This document shows positions 45,921-61,539 of a DNA stretch of 64,000 nt, piece after piece (the stretch's first letter is position 1; each line of letters opens with the position of its first letter). The position numbers and the translations under genes were made by a program. The notes beneath the pieces are model-generated. The model ran no database searches. It worked only from the letters and a program-made list of their open reading frames with translations, and was not told the origin of the DNA. The stretch lies in assembly GCF_009914755.1 (NCBI RefSeq), contig NC_060926.1, one strand, 5' to 3'. The DNA comes from the human T2T-CHM13v2.0 reference genome, Homo sapiens.

Positions 45921-46321
45921 ATTGGATATCCTAGCTATAGGTATATTTAAAACACCTTTATGTCTTTTTTTTCTCTTCTTGGATCTTGTTTGGTTGGAAA
46001 AAGGTTTTTGTCTTCTCAGTTGACTTAATTTTTTTTTCACTCTTAATGCACACATGAGAAGCCTAAGATAATTTCTGATAGCCTGGGATTCCTTGGGAAA
46101 AACAGAGAAGGCACCACAGAACCCATTTTGGGAAAAATGTTTTCCTCAGGGAACTCTAACTAATAATTAAAGTCAGATAGATCCCTCTCAAAATCTGTTT
46201 TTGTCTTCAAGCTGTACCTACTTATTAGGCCCTAGAAACGGCATGTTTTCCTACCGGTTTTTTGAAGAGCTCAACCCGAGTCCAGTAACCCAATTAGGAG
46301 ATTGGCAAGTGAAAAATCTGT

Positions 46322-46616
46322 CAGGGCCAGGTGGCTGACACCTGTAATCCTGGAACTTTCAGAGGCTGAGGTGGGTGGATCACCTGAGGCCAGGAGTCTG
46401 AGACCACCGTGGCCAACACGGTGAAACCCCATCTCTACTAAAAATAGAAAAATTAGCTAGACATGGTGATGGGTGCCTGTAATCTCAGCTACTCAGAAGG
46501 CTGAGGCAGGAGAATCACTTGAACTCAGGAGGTGGAGTTTGCAGTGAGCTGAGATCACATCACTGCTCCCCAGCCTGAGCGACACAGCAAGACTGTGTCT
46601 CAAAAAAAAAAAAAAA
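46322..46616 (+). mobile_element. AluS-like
   Basis: Alu sequence; TSD ~aaaaatct. Confidence 0.88.
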
Positions 46617-47416
46617 TCTTATAACTAGTGGATCTTCTTCTGTCTGTGTAGTTATGCATGTGATATGTATGTGATGTTTATATAAAAAAGAGCTCCAATT
46701 AATTGGATTAAGTAAAAATAAGCACTTAGATCAAATATTTTTAAAGAAAAAATAGAAGCTGTAATCCCTTTTAGTTCATGTGACTTTAATCTTTGAGAAA
46801 TAAAAAAAGTCTTAAAGGTTATATGACAAATGTCTTCAAAATGTAAATATGTGGTCTAAATTATGCAGGTCAAATACTTGGATTACTAAATACTTTAAGG
46901 TCAAAAACTGCTTCTTTGGCTTTTGAAAGTTGTTAAGACTTGCCTGCTTTACAGTTTAAGGCCTGGGGACATATGGATTTAACTGTACCCCTAACTATGC
47001 TGGAAAGACACCTTACCTGTGCCTAGTACATAATTAAAATAACTAACCAGGTTTTACATTAACACTAAAAATATCTAAGAGTTACCATTATAACATGTAA
47101 CGGAGGCTACCGAAAATAGATTTACATGGAAGGTGTAAGAGAAAAGTAAAATATGTTTTTAGTAAAAGATTATAAGAAGGCATGGGAATGTAAATTTTTG
47201 CCTAGAGGGTTAAAGGATTGTTTTAAATTAAAGGTTTGAACAAGTTGTGGAAGGTCTGTAAAAATTAACTTTGTAAAAGAAATCTTGTGTGTAAATGTAT
47301 TGACTAAATTCAAGAGTATTATTTGGTTTTTCCACAAATAGAACATGGGAATAAAAGGAAAACAAGGTTTTCTAAAGGCACTGATCTGCTCTTTAACAAA
47401 AATGTGTAAAGAGTTA

Positions 47417-47743
<327 letters not shown>

Positions 47744-47802
47744 TTATAAGAATCTCACCTGACAGATGAACAGGTTAAGATTTGATAGAATTACCTATAA
47801 GG

Positions 47803-48099
47803 TTTTTTGTTGTTGTTTTTGAGGCAGAGTCTCACTCTGTCACTACCCAGGCTGGAGTGTTGTGGTACAATCTCACTGCAACCTCCGCCTACTGGGTTCA
47901 AGTGATTCTCCTGTCTCAGATTCCTGAGTAGCTCGGATTACAGGTGGGTACCACCAGGCCCAGTTAATTTTTGCATTTTTAATAGAGACAAGGTCTGTCC
48001 ATGTTGGCCAGGCTGTTCTCGAACTCCTGGTCTCAAATGATCCCCTGCCTTTGTCTCCCAAAGTGCTGAGATTACAGGTGTGAGGCACCACCCCCAGCC
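47803..48099 (-). mobile_element. AluS-like
   Basis: Alu sequence; TSD tataaggttt. Confidence 0.9.
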
Positions 48100-48348
48100 T
48101 ATAAGGTTTCGTTTTTTAAAAATTAAGGCTGACATTAATAGAAGACTAATGTAAGGGTGGAATTTGGCTTTCTCTCTCTTAAACAAGATTTTCACGTAAT
48201 ATAATTAAAGGATAATGAAAGACTTTTGTTTGTCTTGCAAATAAGCTACTGAAAAAAAAAGGAAGGGAGATACAAGAGACAGACTGTTTGGAAACCTAAG
48301 TCTTCCCTCTAAATGAGTAAAGGTTTTTGCTTTTTAAAAAAATTTTTG

Positions 48349-51167
48349 GGCTGACTCTCTTTTTGGACTCAGCTCGCCTGCACCCAGGTGATTAAAAAGC
48401 TTTATTGCTCACACAAAGCCTGTTTGGTGGTCTCTTCACATGGACGTGAGTGAAATTTGGTGCCATGACTCAGATCGGGGGACCTCCCTTGGGAGATCAA
48501 TCCCCTGTCCTCCTGCTCTTTGTTCTGTGAGAAAGATCCACCTACGACCTCTGGTCCCCAGACCAACTAGCCCAAGGAACATCTCACCAATTTTAAATCC
48601 AGTAAGTGGCCTCTTTTTACTCTCTTCTACAACCTCTCTCACTATCCCTCAACCTCTTTCTCCTTTAAATCTTGGCGTCACACTTCAGTCTCTCCCTTCT
48701 CTTAATTTCAGTTCCTTTCCTTTTCTGGTAGAGATGAAGGAGACACGTTTTATCCGTGGACCCAAAACTCCGGCGCCAGTCAAGGACTGGGGAAGACAGT
48801 CTTCTCTTGGTGTTTAATCACGCGGAGACGCCTGCCTGATTATTCACCTAAGTTTCAGAGGTGTCTGACCATGCAGGGACGCCTGCCTTGGTCCGTCACC
48901 CTTAGCAGCAAGTACCGCTTTTCTGGGGGGCAAGAACCCCCCAACCCCTTCTCTCCGTGTCTCTACCCCTTCTCCACTTTTCTGGCGGGCAAGAACCCCC
49001 CAACCCCTTCTCCTTCACCCTTAGCAGCAAGTACCACTTTTCTAGGGGGCAAGAACCCCTCAACCCCTTCTCCTTCACTCTTAGTGGCAAGTACTGCTTT
49101 TCTAGGGGGCAGGAACCCCCCGACCCCTTCTCTCTGTCTTTACCCCTTCTCTGCTTTTCTGGGGGTCAAGAACCCCCCACCCCTTCTCTCCGTGTCTCTA
49201 CTCTCTCTTTTCTCTGGGCTTGCCTCCTTCACTATGGGCAAGCTTCCACCCTCCATTCCCCCTTCTTCTCCCTTAGCCTGTGTTCTTAAAAACCTAAAAC
49301 CTCTTCAACAAACACCTGACCTAAAACCTAAATGCCTTATTTCCTTCTGCAATGCCACTTGACCCAATACAAACTCAACAGTGGTTCCAAATAGCGAGAA
49401 AATAGCACTTTCAATTTTTCCATCCTATGAGATCTAAATAATTCTTGCCGTAAAATAGGCAAACGGTCTGAGGTGCCTGACGTCCAGGCATTCTTTTACA
49501 CGTCGGTCCCTCCCTAGTTTCTGTTCCCAATGCAACTTGTCCCAAATCTTCCTTCTTTCTCTCCCGCCTGTCCCCTTAGTCCCAACCCCAAGCATCGCTG
49601 AGTCTTTCTAATATTCCTTTTCTACAGACCCATCTGACCTCTCCCCTCCTCGCCAGGCTGAGCTAGGTCCCAATTCTTCCTCAGCCTCTGCTCCTCCACC
49701 CTATTATCCTTTTTATCACCTCCCCTCCTCACACCAGGTCCGGCTCACAGTTTCGTTCTGAGACTAGCCCTCCCCCACCTGCCCAGCAATTTCCTCTTAA
49801 AAAGGTGGCTGGAGCTAAAGGCACAATCAAGGTTAATGCTCCTTTTTCTTTATCCCAAATTAGAGAGCATTTAGGCTCTTTTTCAACAGATATAAGAACC
49901 CAGCCCAGTTCATGGCTCATTTAGCAGCAACCCTGAGACGCTTTACAGCCCTAGACCCTAAAAGGTCAAAAGGACGTCTTATTCTCAATATACATTTTAT
50001 TATCCAATCTGCTCCCGACATTAAATAAAACTCCAAAAATTAAATTCCAGCCCTCAAACCCCACAACAGGACTTAATTAACCTCGCCTTCAAGGTGTACA
50101 ATAATAGAGTAGAGGCAGCCAAGTAGCAACATATTTCTGAGTTGCAATTCCTTGCCTCCACTGTGAGACAAACCCCAGCCACATCTCCACACACAAAAAC
50201 TTCCAAATGCCTAAACCACAGTGGCCAGGCATTCCTTCAGGCCCGCCTCCCCCAGAAGCTTGCTACAAGTGCCAGAAATCTGGCCACCAGGCCAAGGAAT
50301 GCCCACAGCCCAGAATTCCTCCTAAGCTGCGTCCAATCTGTGCAGGACCCCACTGAAAATCGGACAGTTCAACTCACCTGGCAGCCACTCGCAGAGCCCC
50401 TGGCTCTCTGACTGACTCCTTCCCAGATCTTCTCGGCTTAGTGGCTGAAGACTGACACTGCCCGATCACCTTGGAAGCCCCCTAGACCATCACAGACGCC
50501 GAGTTTCAGGTAACTCTCACAGTGAAAGGAGAAATTTGAACTAAGATGGAAAGGCTCATGGCAGGCCCTCAGAACCTAGATCAGGGATGGACCTTTTCTG
50601 CTGTCCAGAGTCTCCTGTTGTTGTTCTTCAGATCACCAGACTGGACCCTTTGGATACTGACAGCAGCTCAGCTTGGGCCCAGCACTATTCACAATGGCAA
50701 GGACTTGGAACCAACCCAAATGCCCATCAATTATAGACTAGGTAAAGAAAATGTGGCACATATACATCATGGAATACTATGCAGCCATAATAAAGGATGA
50801 GTTCATGTCCTTTGCAGGGACATGGATGAAACTGGAAACCATCATTCTCAGCAAAGTAACACAAGAAGAGAAAACCAAACACCGCATGTTCTCACTCATA
50901 AGTGGGATTTGAACAATGAGAATACATGGACACAGGGAGGGGAACATCACACACTGAGGCCTGTTGAGGGGTGGAGGGCTTGGGGAGGGATAGCATTAGG
51001 AGAAATACCTAATGCAAATGACGAATTGATGGGTGCAGCAAACCAACATGGGACATGTACACGTATGTAACAAACCTGCATGTTGTGCCTATGTACCCCA
51101 GAACTTAAAGTATAATAATAAAAAAAGAATGGATCGTATGATTAAAGAAATAAAGATATATAACATT
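48349..51167 (+). pseudogene. Processed retrocopy of a HERV-H-initiated spliced chimeric transcript (LTR7 R-U5/leader/gag + 154-nt unique segment + L1 3' end + flank)
   Basis: No U3; His PBS 48458-48475; CCHC CYKCQKSGHQAKEC at 50261-50302; junctions at 50528 and 50682; AATAAA 51149-51154; TSD aaaattttt?g on both sides. Confidence 0.8.
50683..51126 (+). mobile_element. L1PA 3' end (within the retrocopy)
   Basis: End of ORF2 and 3' UTR through gaacttaaagtataataataaaaaaa. Confidence 0.95.
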
Positions 51168-52890
51168 AAAATTTTGAGCCATCATTTTAGGTAAATAAAT
51201 GATTTATGATAACCTGGAATTCTATTTCATAATATCAAGTGTTCTAAATCTTTAACATATTTGATAGGCTTCCCAAAATCAAACTTCAACTTCAAAATTC
51301 TCTTTCCTGACTCCCAACTTTTAGCTGCTACAGAGGGCCCCTGAAGCACCCAAAAGAGAAATAAACAGGATTATCTGACATGTTTAGTTACACAGCATTG
51401 TCAAAATAAAAATTATGTTTAACTTCTTCAGGTTATATTTTAGTATATCATATTAAAATATGTTCCAAAATTGTATTGGATTTCTAAAATTCTAATGTTT
51501 GAGTATATGCTATCAATCATAATTAGAGTTACTATGTTAAGTTATTATAAACCACAATAATAACCAAATTTCTTTGTTAATCCTGTTTTTGACTGTAACT
51601 ACCCTGGACATTTTGTTATTCAGAGACAACTATTGTCTTGTTTTGATCCTTTTCAAAAGATGGTTTATAATCAGCTATAGGACTTTGACACGTGCTCTTA
51701 AATAAAGGTTTCTGATAACTTGGGAGATTGTGACATTGGAATAGAGGAAAACAATATAGGATTCATGAAGAGCTGAATTGCAGAATAAGAGTTAACAAAA
51801 TGGACTGAACTAATAGAAAACTGAAGTAATCCTTTTTAATTTTTTGCTTAAAATGTTGCTGAACCTTTTGTTTTTCAAAGCCAGGAAAACTTTTATTTTC
51901 AGCTATTTACAACTTTTAACAATTGAGTAAGGTATACTCCTGCAAACAAAATTTGGAGCATATTTGTTTCTCTCTGCCTGGTTTCTCCAAAATTTGGAAG
52001 CTAGATGCAAATATTCTTAACTTATAGCAATATAATGTTCTGCATAAGCGCAATAAGAATCCATTTTCTTTTGCAACAAGATGCAATTGGAGAAACTGGT
52101 TCTTTTACCAAGGCTTTTACTAAAAGGGTGTGGTTCCCTCTAGGGAATCAAGCTTGACTTGCAGAGGCAATAAAGCTTGCAAGTTTTCCCTCAGGAAAGC
52201 TTGCCTCATGCCTTGTCTACACAATCTCCATACAGGTTTGGTGAGTTAGAAATGTCACTTTCTAACAGGGCTAGGAGCCCCAAGTCATCTTGGGCCCTCA
52301 AGAAGAGAGAAATGTACCCAATTCATAGGTATTTAAGAGTACAAACCCATGGCTGGGCTGGGCTTTAAAAAGTGTCAACTGAGCTTCCTTAGAGAACAGG
52401 GTTTCATCAGAGCCAATTTTTAAAAGCCTATGTGAAAATAATTATTCTTGCTGCACTTTATGCAAATAATCAGGCCAAGTATGAAACTAAACTCAGTTTT
52501 GCAAACAATTCAGTCCTATCATGATTTGTTTTAACAAAAATGAGGACTGGAGAGAGAGCAATTATGTTTCAAAACTTATACACTTGTCATTCTATTCTAG
52601 TCTCATTATTAGTAGTTTTTAAGTTTTTGTCTGCATTTTAGACTAACCCTGCTTATTCCTGTGAACTAACCAGTGATCTCTGGCTGCAGTTCAGAAGAGA
52701 AAAAAGGGATGGGTAATGTAAAAATCTGAAACAATTTTTAAGTTCTGGGCAATCATTCTGCAAGTCCTGCCAGGTGACAGGAGTAAATAGGGTGTCTATA
52801 ACCCAGCAGTTTCGTTTTTGGGAAAATAAGACCAAAGGAGCTAACCAAAGCTAAGCCCATGCACTCAAATCTTAGCAGGCATAACCATAG

Positions 52891-53590
<700 letters not shown>

Positions 53591-54600
53591 TGACATATGT
53601 CTTCTAATATGTCTCTTCTTGACTTCAGGTTATCAAACTCCAAACTGTAATGCAACCGCAGCTTCAGACAATGGCTCCCTTTTACCGGGGACCCTTAAAT
53701 AGGCCTCTGAGGGAGATCTGACTGCCATCTTCCCAAAACAGCGGCCCCTGTCAGCAGGAAGCAGTTAAGTTCAGTCTTCATTTCTATTCTAATGGCAGTT
53801 AGATGTACCTCCTCAGAGAGGGGAATGGATAGCAGCAGGAGGCAGAAAAATGCCTAGGCAGACAGGGACAGGTAACTGGTGAAACCCCACCTCCAAGCCA
53901 AAGACAATTTAAAGCCTAAGAACCAAGTTATAAGTCAAATCCATGAACCAGATTAAGAACCTGTCTTCCAGTTTGGCATGCTTTCCTCTGATTTACCCCT
54001 ACCCTTCACCTACTTTACATACACCTACCCCTTCCCTAATGGGTTTTTTACAGTCATGCCCACCTTTGATTCATGCCTGTGTTTTAATCTTTTTTGCATA
54101 TTCACAAACCAGCACGTACTCCCCTATTCTGAGCCCATAAAAGCCCTGGACTCAGCCACACTGGGAAAGAAACCGCCCAACTTCAAGTGGGGGACCACCC
54201 CCATGTCCTGCCTCTATTGAGAGCTCTTCTCTTGCTCAATACAATTCTTTTCCGCCCTCCTCACCCTTCAATTGTCAGAGTACGCGCATTCTTCTTGGAC
54301 ACAGGACAAGAACTTAGGGACCGCTGTATGTGGGTACGAGCTATAACACAGGGGGGCTGGGGCCCAGCCTGGGTGGGTCGAAGGGCAGGCCACCTCCTAG
54401 GGGCAGGTAGTGTGCCCCACCAAAGCCTGGAGGGGGCATCACCAGCCAGAGGTCTCCAGCTGGCAAAGTGACCAAGAAAAATCCTGCATCAACATCAGAC
54501 AAAATAGTGTCCAGTTATTTAAAGACATTTGAACTGAGTTTTTTGTGCTTGAGTCTGAAAGAGGCCTGGCAAATACAAAGTAAAAATCTGTCAACACAAA

Positions 54601-55012
54601 TGTCAGGCCTCTGAGCCCAAGCTAAGCCATCATATCCCCTGTGACCTGCAAGTACACATCCAGATGGCCGGTTCCTGCCTTAACTGATGACATTCCACCA
54701 CAAAAGAAGTGAAAATGGCCTGTTCCTGCCTTAACTGATGACATTGTCTTGTGAAATTCCTTCTCCTGGCTCATCCTGGCTCAAAAGCTCCCCCAATGAG
54801 TACCCTGTGAACCCCACTCCTGCCAATCAGAGAACAACCCCCCTTTGACTATAATTTTACTTTACCTACCCAAATCTTATAAAATGGCCCCATCCTTATA
54901 TCCCTTTGCTGACTCTCCTTTCGGACTTAGCCCGCCTGCACCCAGGTGATTAAAAGCTTTATTGCTCACACAAAGCCTGTTTGGTGGTCTCTTCACACAG
55001 ATGTGAGTGAAA
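54601..55012 (+). mobile_element. LTR7 (HERV-H) solo LTR
   Basis: tgtcaggcctctgagcccaagc start, TATAAAA 54878-54884, ATTAAA, ...tgagtgaaa end. Confidence 0.93.
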
Positions 55013-55103
55013 ACCATTGCACCTCTGAAAGGATTAACAAAATAAAATAAGTATTTGGTTATTCTGCCCCTCCTTAGTTGGTTTACCCAATGAGCTTCTC
55101 CCT

Positions 55104-57326
55104 TGTAAACCAAAAATAAAATTCGGCTGGGGCAGTGGCTCAGGCCTGTAATCCCACCACTTTGGGAGGCGAGGTGGGCAAATCATCTGAGGTCAGTAGT
55201 TCAAGACCAGCCTGACCAACAGGGTGAAACCCCATCTCTACTAAAATTACAAAAATTAGCCAGGTGTGGTGGCACATACTTGTAATCACAGCTACTCGGG
55301 AGGCTGAGGTTGGAGAATCACTTCAACCCAAGAGGCGGAGGTTGCAGTGAGCTGAGATCATGCCACTACACGTCAGCCTGGGCAACAGAGTGAGACTCTG
55401 TCTCAAAAAATATATATATTCTAAACCCTCCAACCAACTGAATGGACCCCTCCTTTTGGCCAAGAGCATTCCAAAGTTAACCTGAGAAACTAGTTCAGGC
55501 CATGATGGGAAGGCGGGGTCAGACATGTCTCATTATTCTGTCCTCCCTTCTGGAATTTAGGTACAGCTGACCAGCATTAACATTAACATAGAGATTTTAC
55601 ATCTGACAAAACAGACTGTTTGTAGCCTAAGATACCAACATGACAAGGAGCAGGTTCTGCAAGAAACTAAAGATTTTATCCCAAAATATATTTCTTGACA
55701 TATTTTGAAATGGCCCTGCAAAGCTGTCTCTTGTGGGGAAAATCTACATTCTACAGAGAATCCTCTTCCCTTTCCAAGTACTTTCCCTGATTCAGAAGGG
55801 AATTAACTAACTCTGGCACCTTTTTAAAGTCTGATAAGAAACAGTTACAAGGTTGGGCACAGTGGCTCACGTCTGTAATCCCAGAACTTTGGGAGGCCGA
55901 GGACTCCCAAACTCTGTAAAATATTTGAAGAGATTTATTCCGAGCCAAATATGAGTGACCATGGCCCCGTGACACAGCTCTCAGGAGGTCCTCAGAACAT
56001 GTGCCCAAGGTGATTGGGGCACAGTTTGGTTTTATACATTTTAGGGAGGCATGAGACATCAATCAAATACATTTAAGAAATACATTGGTTTAGTCCTGAA
56101 AGGTAGGACAATTCAAAGTTGGGGCTTCCAGGCTATAGGTAAATTTAAACATTTTCTGATTTACAATTGGTTGAGTTTATCTAAAGACCTGAGATCACAG
56201 AAAGGAAATGTTCAGGTTAAGATAAAGGATTGTGGAGACCAAGGTTCTTTTGAAGTTTTATTGTGGCTGCCCTCAGAGACAACAGATGACAAACGTTTCC
56301 TATTCAGATCTTTAAAAGGTGCTAGACTTTAAGTTAATCTTTTTAGGATTGGGAGGGCCTGGAAGTAAAAGATCTAGCTATGTTAATAGAGATTCTTTAC
56401 TGATGCAAATTTTCCCCCACAAAAGACAGATTTGCAGGGCCATTTCAAGATATGGCAAAAAAACATGTTTTGGGATAAAATATTTTGCTTTTCTTCCTTG
56501 TCATGTAATGTTATTCCAGAGTCAGGGTGAAAAGTAAGTCTCGATATATAGGGTTAAATAAAACCCATCTGATGAGAATTTATGGTTTGTAGGGCATGAC
56601 TCCCCAGAACTCTTAGATAGGAATTTGGGCAAGATAAAAAAATCAGAATTTACTCCTCAGTAGCAACACATGACAGATAGCAGGTCCTGAAATAAACTGA
56701 AGTGTTTTACTACAAAACATATTTTTTTGACATATTTTGAACTAGCCCTGCAAAGCTATTTCTTCTGGGGAAAATCTATATTCTGTAGAGGATCCCCTTC
56801 CCTTTCCAGGTTTTTCCTTTTAAGGTCTGACACCTTTTTAGGTCTGATAAGAGACATTTACTATCTGTTCTCTCTGAAGCCTGCTATGTGGGACCTTTAT
56901 CTGTGTAATAAGAATCTTGGTCTCCACAACCCCTTGTCTTAATCCAGACACTCCTTTCAATTGATCCTAGGTCTTGAGATAGTAACTTAACTCTTTCAAC
57001 CAATTGCCAGTCAGAAAATCTTTGACTCTCCCTATAACCTGGAAGCCCCCTCCTGCCACAAGTTTCCCAATCCCCCTATATTACGTCTTAAAGTTGTCCT
57101 GCCTTTTCAGACCAAAGCAGTGTACGCTTTACATGTACTGAGTGATGTCTGCCTGCAACTTCTGTTCCCCTAAAACTGTACACAATCAAGCTATGACCCG
57201 ACCACCTTGGGCACATGTTTTCAGGACCTCTTGGGACTGTGCCTCAGGCCTTGGTCACTCACATTTGGCTCGGAATAAATCTCTTAAAATATTTTACAGA
57301 GTTTGAGTCTTTTTTTTAAATCAACA
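55104..57326 (+). mobile_element. MER4 LTR cluster (+ strand pieces with an inverted MER4A-like copy at ~55902-56660)
   Basis: tgtaaaccaaaaataaaattc start; duplicated internal segment; inverted 3' end. Confidence 0.75.
55125..55410 (+). mobile_element. AluS-like inside MER4
   Basis: Alu sequence. Confidence 0.9.
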
Positions 57327-58780
57327 GTTCAAATAAATTTTTAAAACTTTTAATGTGCCCAAATTTATCTTTTAACATTACCAGTCTCAGTTTGTGAAAG
57401 TCTAGAGTTCTCCCTGTCCGTGTCTGTAAATTCTTGAGGCTCATAGTCTCATTTATAGTACCCCCCACCCCACCACCACTCAGACTCTTTGTGTGCAAAG
57501 TCTATCTCCATTGCCACAAACTCTCATAAAAAAAATTCATCCTTTCCTCCAATTTTCACAAAAGCACAACACATAAAAGCTTCAGTATCCAATAATCTCT
57601 CTTTTTTTGCAAACTTTACTGAAGGTTTGGGTTATAAGGAGTGCTCACATTGTGAACAGTCTTTGCAATCTTCTGCCTCCTCCCCTTCCCCTTTGCTCTA
57701 CAAAGTGAATTCCTCTCCTTGCTTCCTGTAAAGCTGTTCTGAGCCTTCCCTACAGATCTCTCCTTCCACTCCATCAGCATTTCAAAGCACTTACTCCAGA
57801 TAAAAACTATGTTTGTGCTAAATAAATCCTGGTGAATAGGATGCCCTCATATCACTACACAAGTAATTACCTGAATCAAAGTACCCTTTAAAGAAAGAAG
57901 GCAAATGTATATGGAGAAAAATTATGCTTCAGTGGAATATTACGTATTGTTTAGAGCACAACTTTTCAGGGTATCTGATTCCAATTCACTGTCTTTGAGC
58001 TATTTTACAACTCTGTAAATTGCAGATAAATGGTAACAACGCACATAATTCTTACCTATACATGTGCAAATAAATTCTGTCAGGTAGAAGGGCAACCCTC
58101 CCTGATTCCCAAGGAAAGAGCCAGTTTTACAGCCTTTGCAAATTTTTCTGAATTCCTGTTTTTTCACTTCTCCTTTGAACTGGCTATAATATCTTTACTG
58201 GTTCCCTCATTTAATTAATGTATTAAATAAAATTTTTGACACATGTTCATTTTATAGCTGCGTGAGAGTCATTATTTTACCTTTTTTGAAAATTATCTTT
58301 CCAGCATATCAAAAAGGGTTCTAGGGCAGGAAATGATAGCACACTCAAAAGGGAAATTGATTAATTAATTAATGAAGGGACTATTTACAGGAGTGTGGGC
58401 AGAATTAAACCTCCAGGGCTGGTGAGCACCCAATCAGCAACAGAGAAAAATTAGTACTATCTCTATGGATACTGGACAAGGGTAGGAAGCTATGGCCACA
58501 CTTAGAGGAACACAAATTATAGCTTGGAAGAAAAGAAGCAGGGGGAAAAAATATGACTTTTCTTTCCTTTTGTCTTCTGAACCTCATGAAGCCAGAGGGT
58601 ACTGGGGACAAGGTGACACAGTCTAGCTTGTTTTGTATTGCTTTTTCCATTCCTTTCAGTCACATCAGTCCAACATGGATCACAAATTCTCAGTGAATTT
58701 ACAGGGGCTGGCTCATGTCTGCTATGTAAAAATTTTTTTATAGAAGCTTACAGTATGATTACACTTTATATCTACATGTG

Positions 58781-60096
<1,316 letters not shown>

Positions 60097-60600
60097 ACAG
60101 AGAAGTAATACAGCTGTTTACTAAAGTCCTCAAAGGTTCTCTCCAGTTTCTGGACTCTAAGTCTTTGACTAAGAAGCAAAAGTTGACACCATTTAATATG
60201 TACTTTTATATGCACATTCTCTGTATATTGGTTGAAGCATGGTGAATATACTTTGGAGAAAGGAAAAAGCACTTTATACAACAGTTGATTCCTTCCTGAG
60301 GGAAAAAAATCTTGCTAAAATAGTCTCAAGGTTTCTGCTGGGCCTTTGTACTTTCACGCAAATTAATGTTCAGCTGAGCATCTTGACATGCTCAGGCAGA
60401 AAGCAGCAAAATTGCAAACAGGGATTGAGGGAGCTGAATAATGCTGTGCATGATAAAGTGACAAGACTTTGGAGCTCAGGGAATAATCTAGAAGGAAGGA
60501 GATTAGAAAGGAGGAGGCAACCTGAGAGGCTGGGGTAGAGCTGTGGAAATGTTTGAGGGACTATTTTAAGAATGTGTAATATTCAACTTAAAATTGTTTT

Positions 60601-61430
60601 CTTCTTTCCAACTTAGGTCCCGCAGAAGAAGGGTGGGAAGAAGAAGGGGGCCATTCAGCCATCAATGAGGTGGTGACACCATCAACATTCCCAAGCACAT
60701 CCCATTGAAACGGACTTCAGGAAGTGTGCCCCTCGGGCACTCAGCAAAGATATCTGGAAATTTGCCAAGAAAGAGATGGGCACTCCAGATGCGCATACTG
60801 ATACCAGGTTTGACAAAGCTGTCTGGCCAAAAGAATAATGTCCCATACGGTATCCACATGTGGTTGTCCAGAAAAACATAATGCGAATGAAGATTCACTG
60901 ATATGTGAAAGGAAAATATCACGGGCCACAAAATCACTGAGCTAAAGGGAAAATTCAAGCTGGGAACTGCTCAAGGCAAACCTGCCTCCCATTCTATTCA
61001 AAGTCATCCCTCTGCTGAGACAGATGCATATCTGATTGCTTCCTTGGGAAAGGCTTATCAGAAACTCCAAAGACTGCAACCATTTGTCTCTCACCTACTT
61101 ATAACCTGGAAGCCTTCCTCCCTGCTTCAAGTTGTCCCACCTTTCCGGCAGGAACCAATGTACTTCTTGCATATAGATTGAGGTCTCCTGTCTCCCTGTA
61201 TAAAACCAAGCTGTTCACCCCTTGGGCACGTGTTCTCAGGACTTCCTGAGGCTGTGTCACGGGCACGCGTCCTCAACCTTGTCAAGATAAACTTTATACA
61301 TTAACTGAGACTTGTCTCAAACTTTCGGAGTTCACAAAACTATGTACCCGTTACACTTTCTAAAACCAACAGTCAGTGTGGGAGAACTGCTGATACTCGA
61401 ATACATCAAATAGTTATAAAACCGCCAAAA
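60601..61430 (+). pseudogene. RPL31 processed pseudogene split by a MER4A1-like LTR
   Basis: 5'TOP-like cttctttccaact; degenerate [29 protein letters not shown] / YVPVT; intronless; flanks aaaattgttttc / aaaaccgttttc. Confidence 0.88.
60904..61336 (+). mobile_element. MER4A1-like solo LTR
   Basis: tgtgaaaggaaaata...aagctgggaactgc...gttcaca. Confidence 0.8.
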
Positions 61431-61539
61431 ACCGTTTTCTCTCAAACTTTTGGTAAAATGTGCTTCAGGGAAAACGCAGATTGGTGGTTCTGATAAAATC
61501 TTAATAATGAAATAATTTTAAAAAGCAATAATGGTAAAA

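Noticed and set aside
48871-49362. Repetitive 163-aa ORF and ~60-bp tandem units
   Set aside because: Typical HERV-H leader tandem repeats
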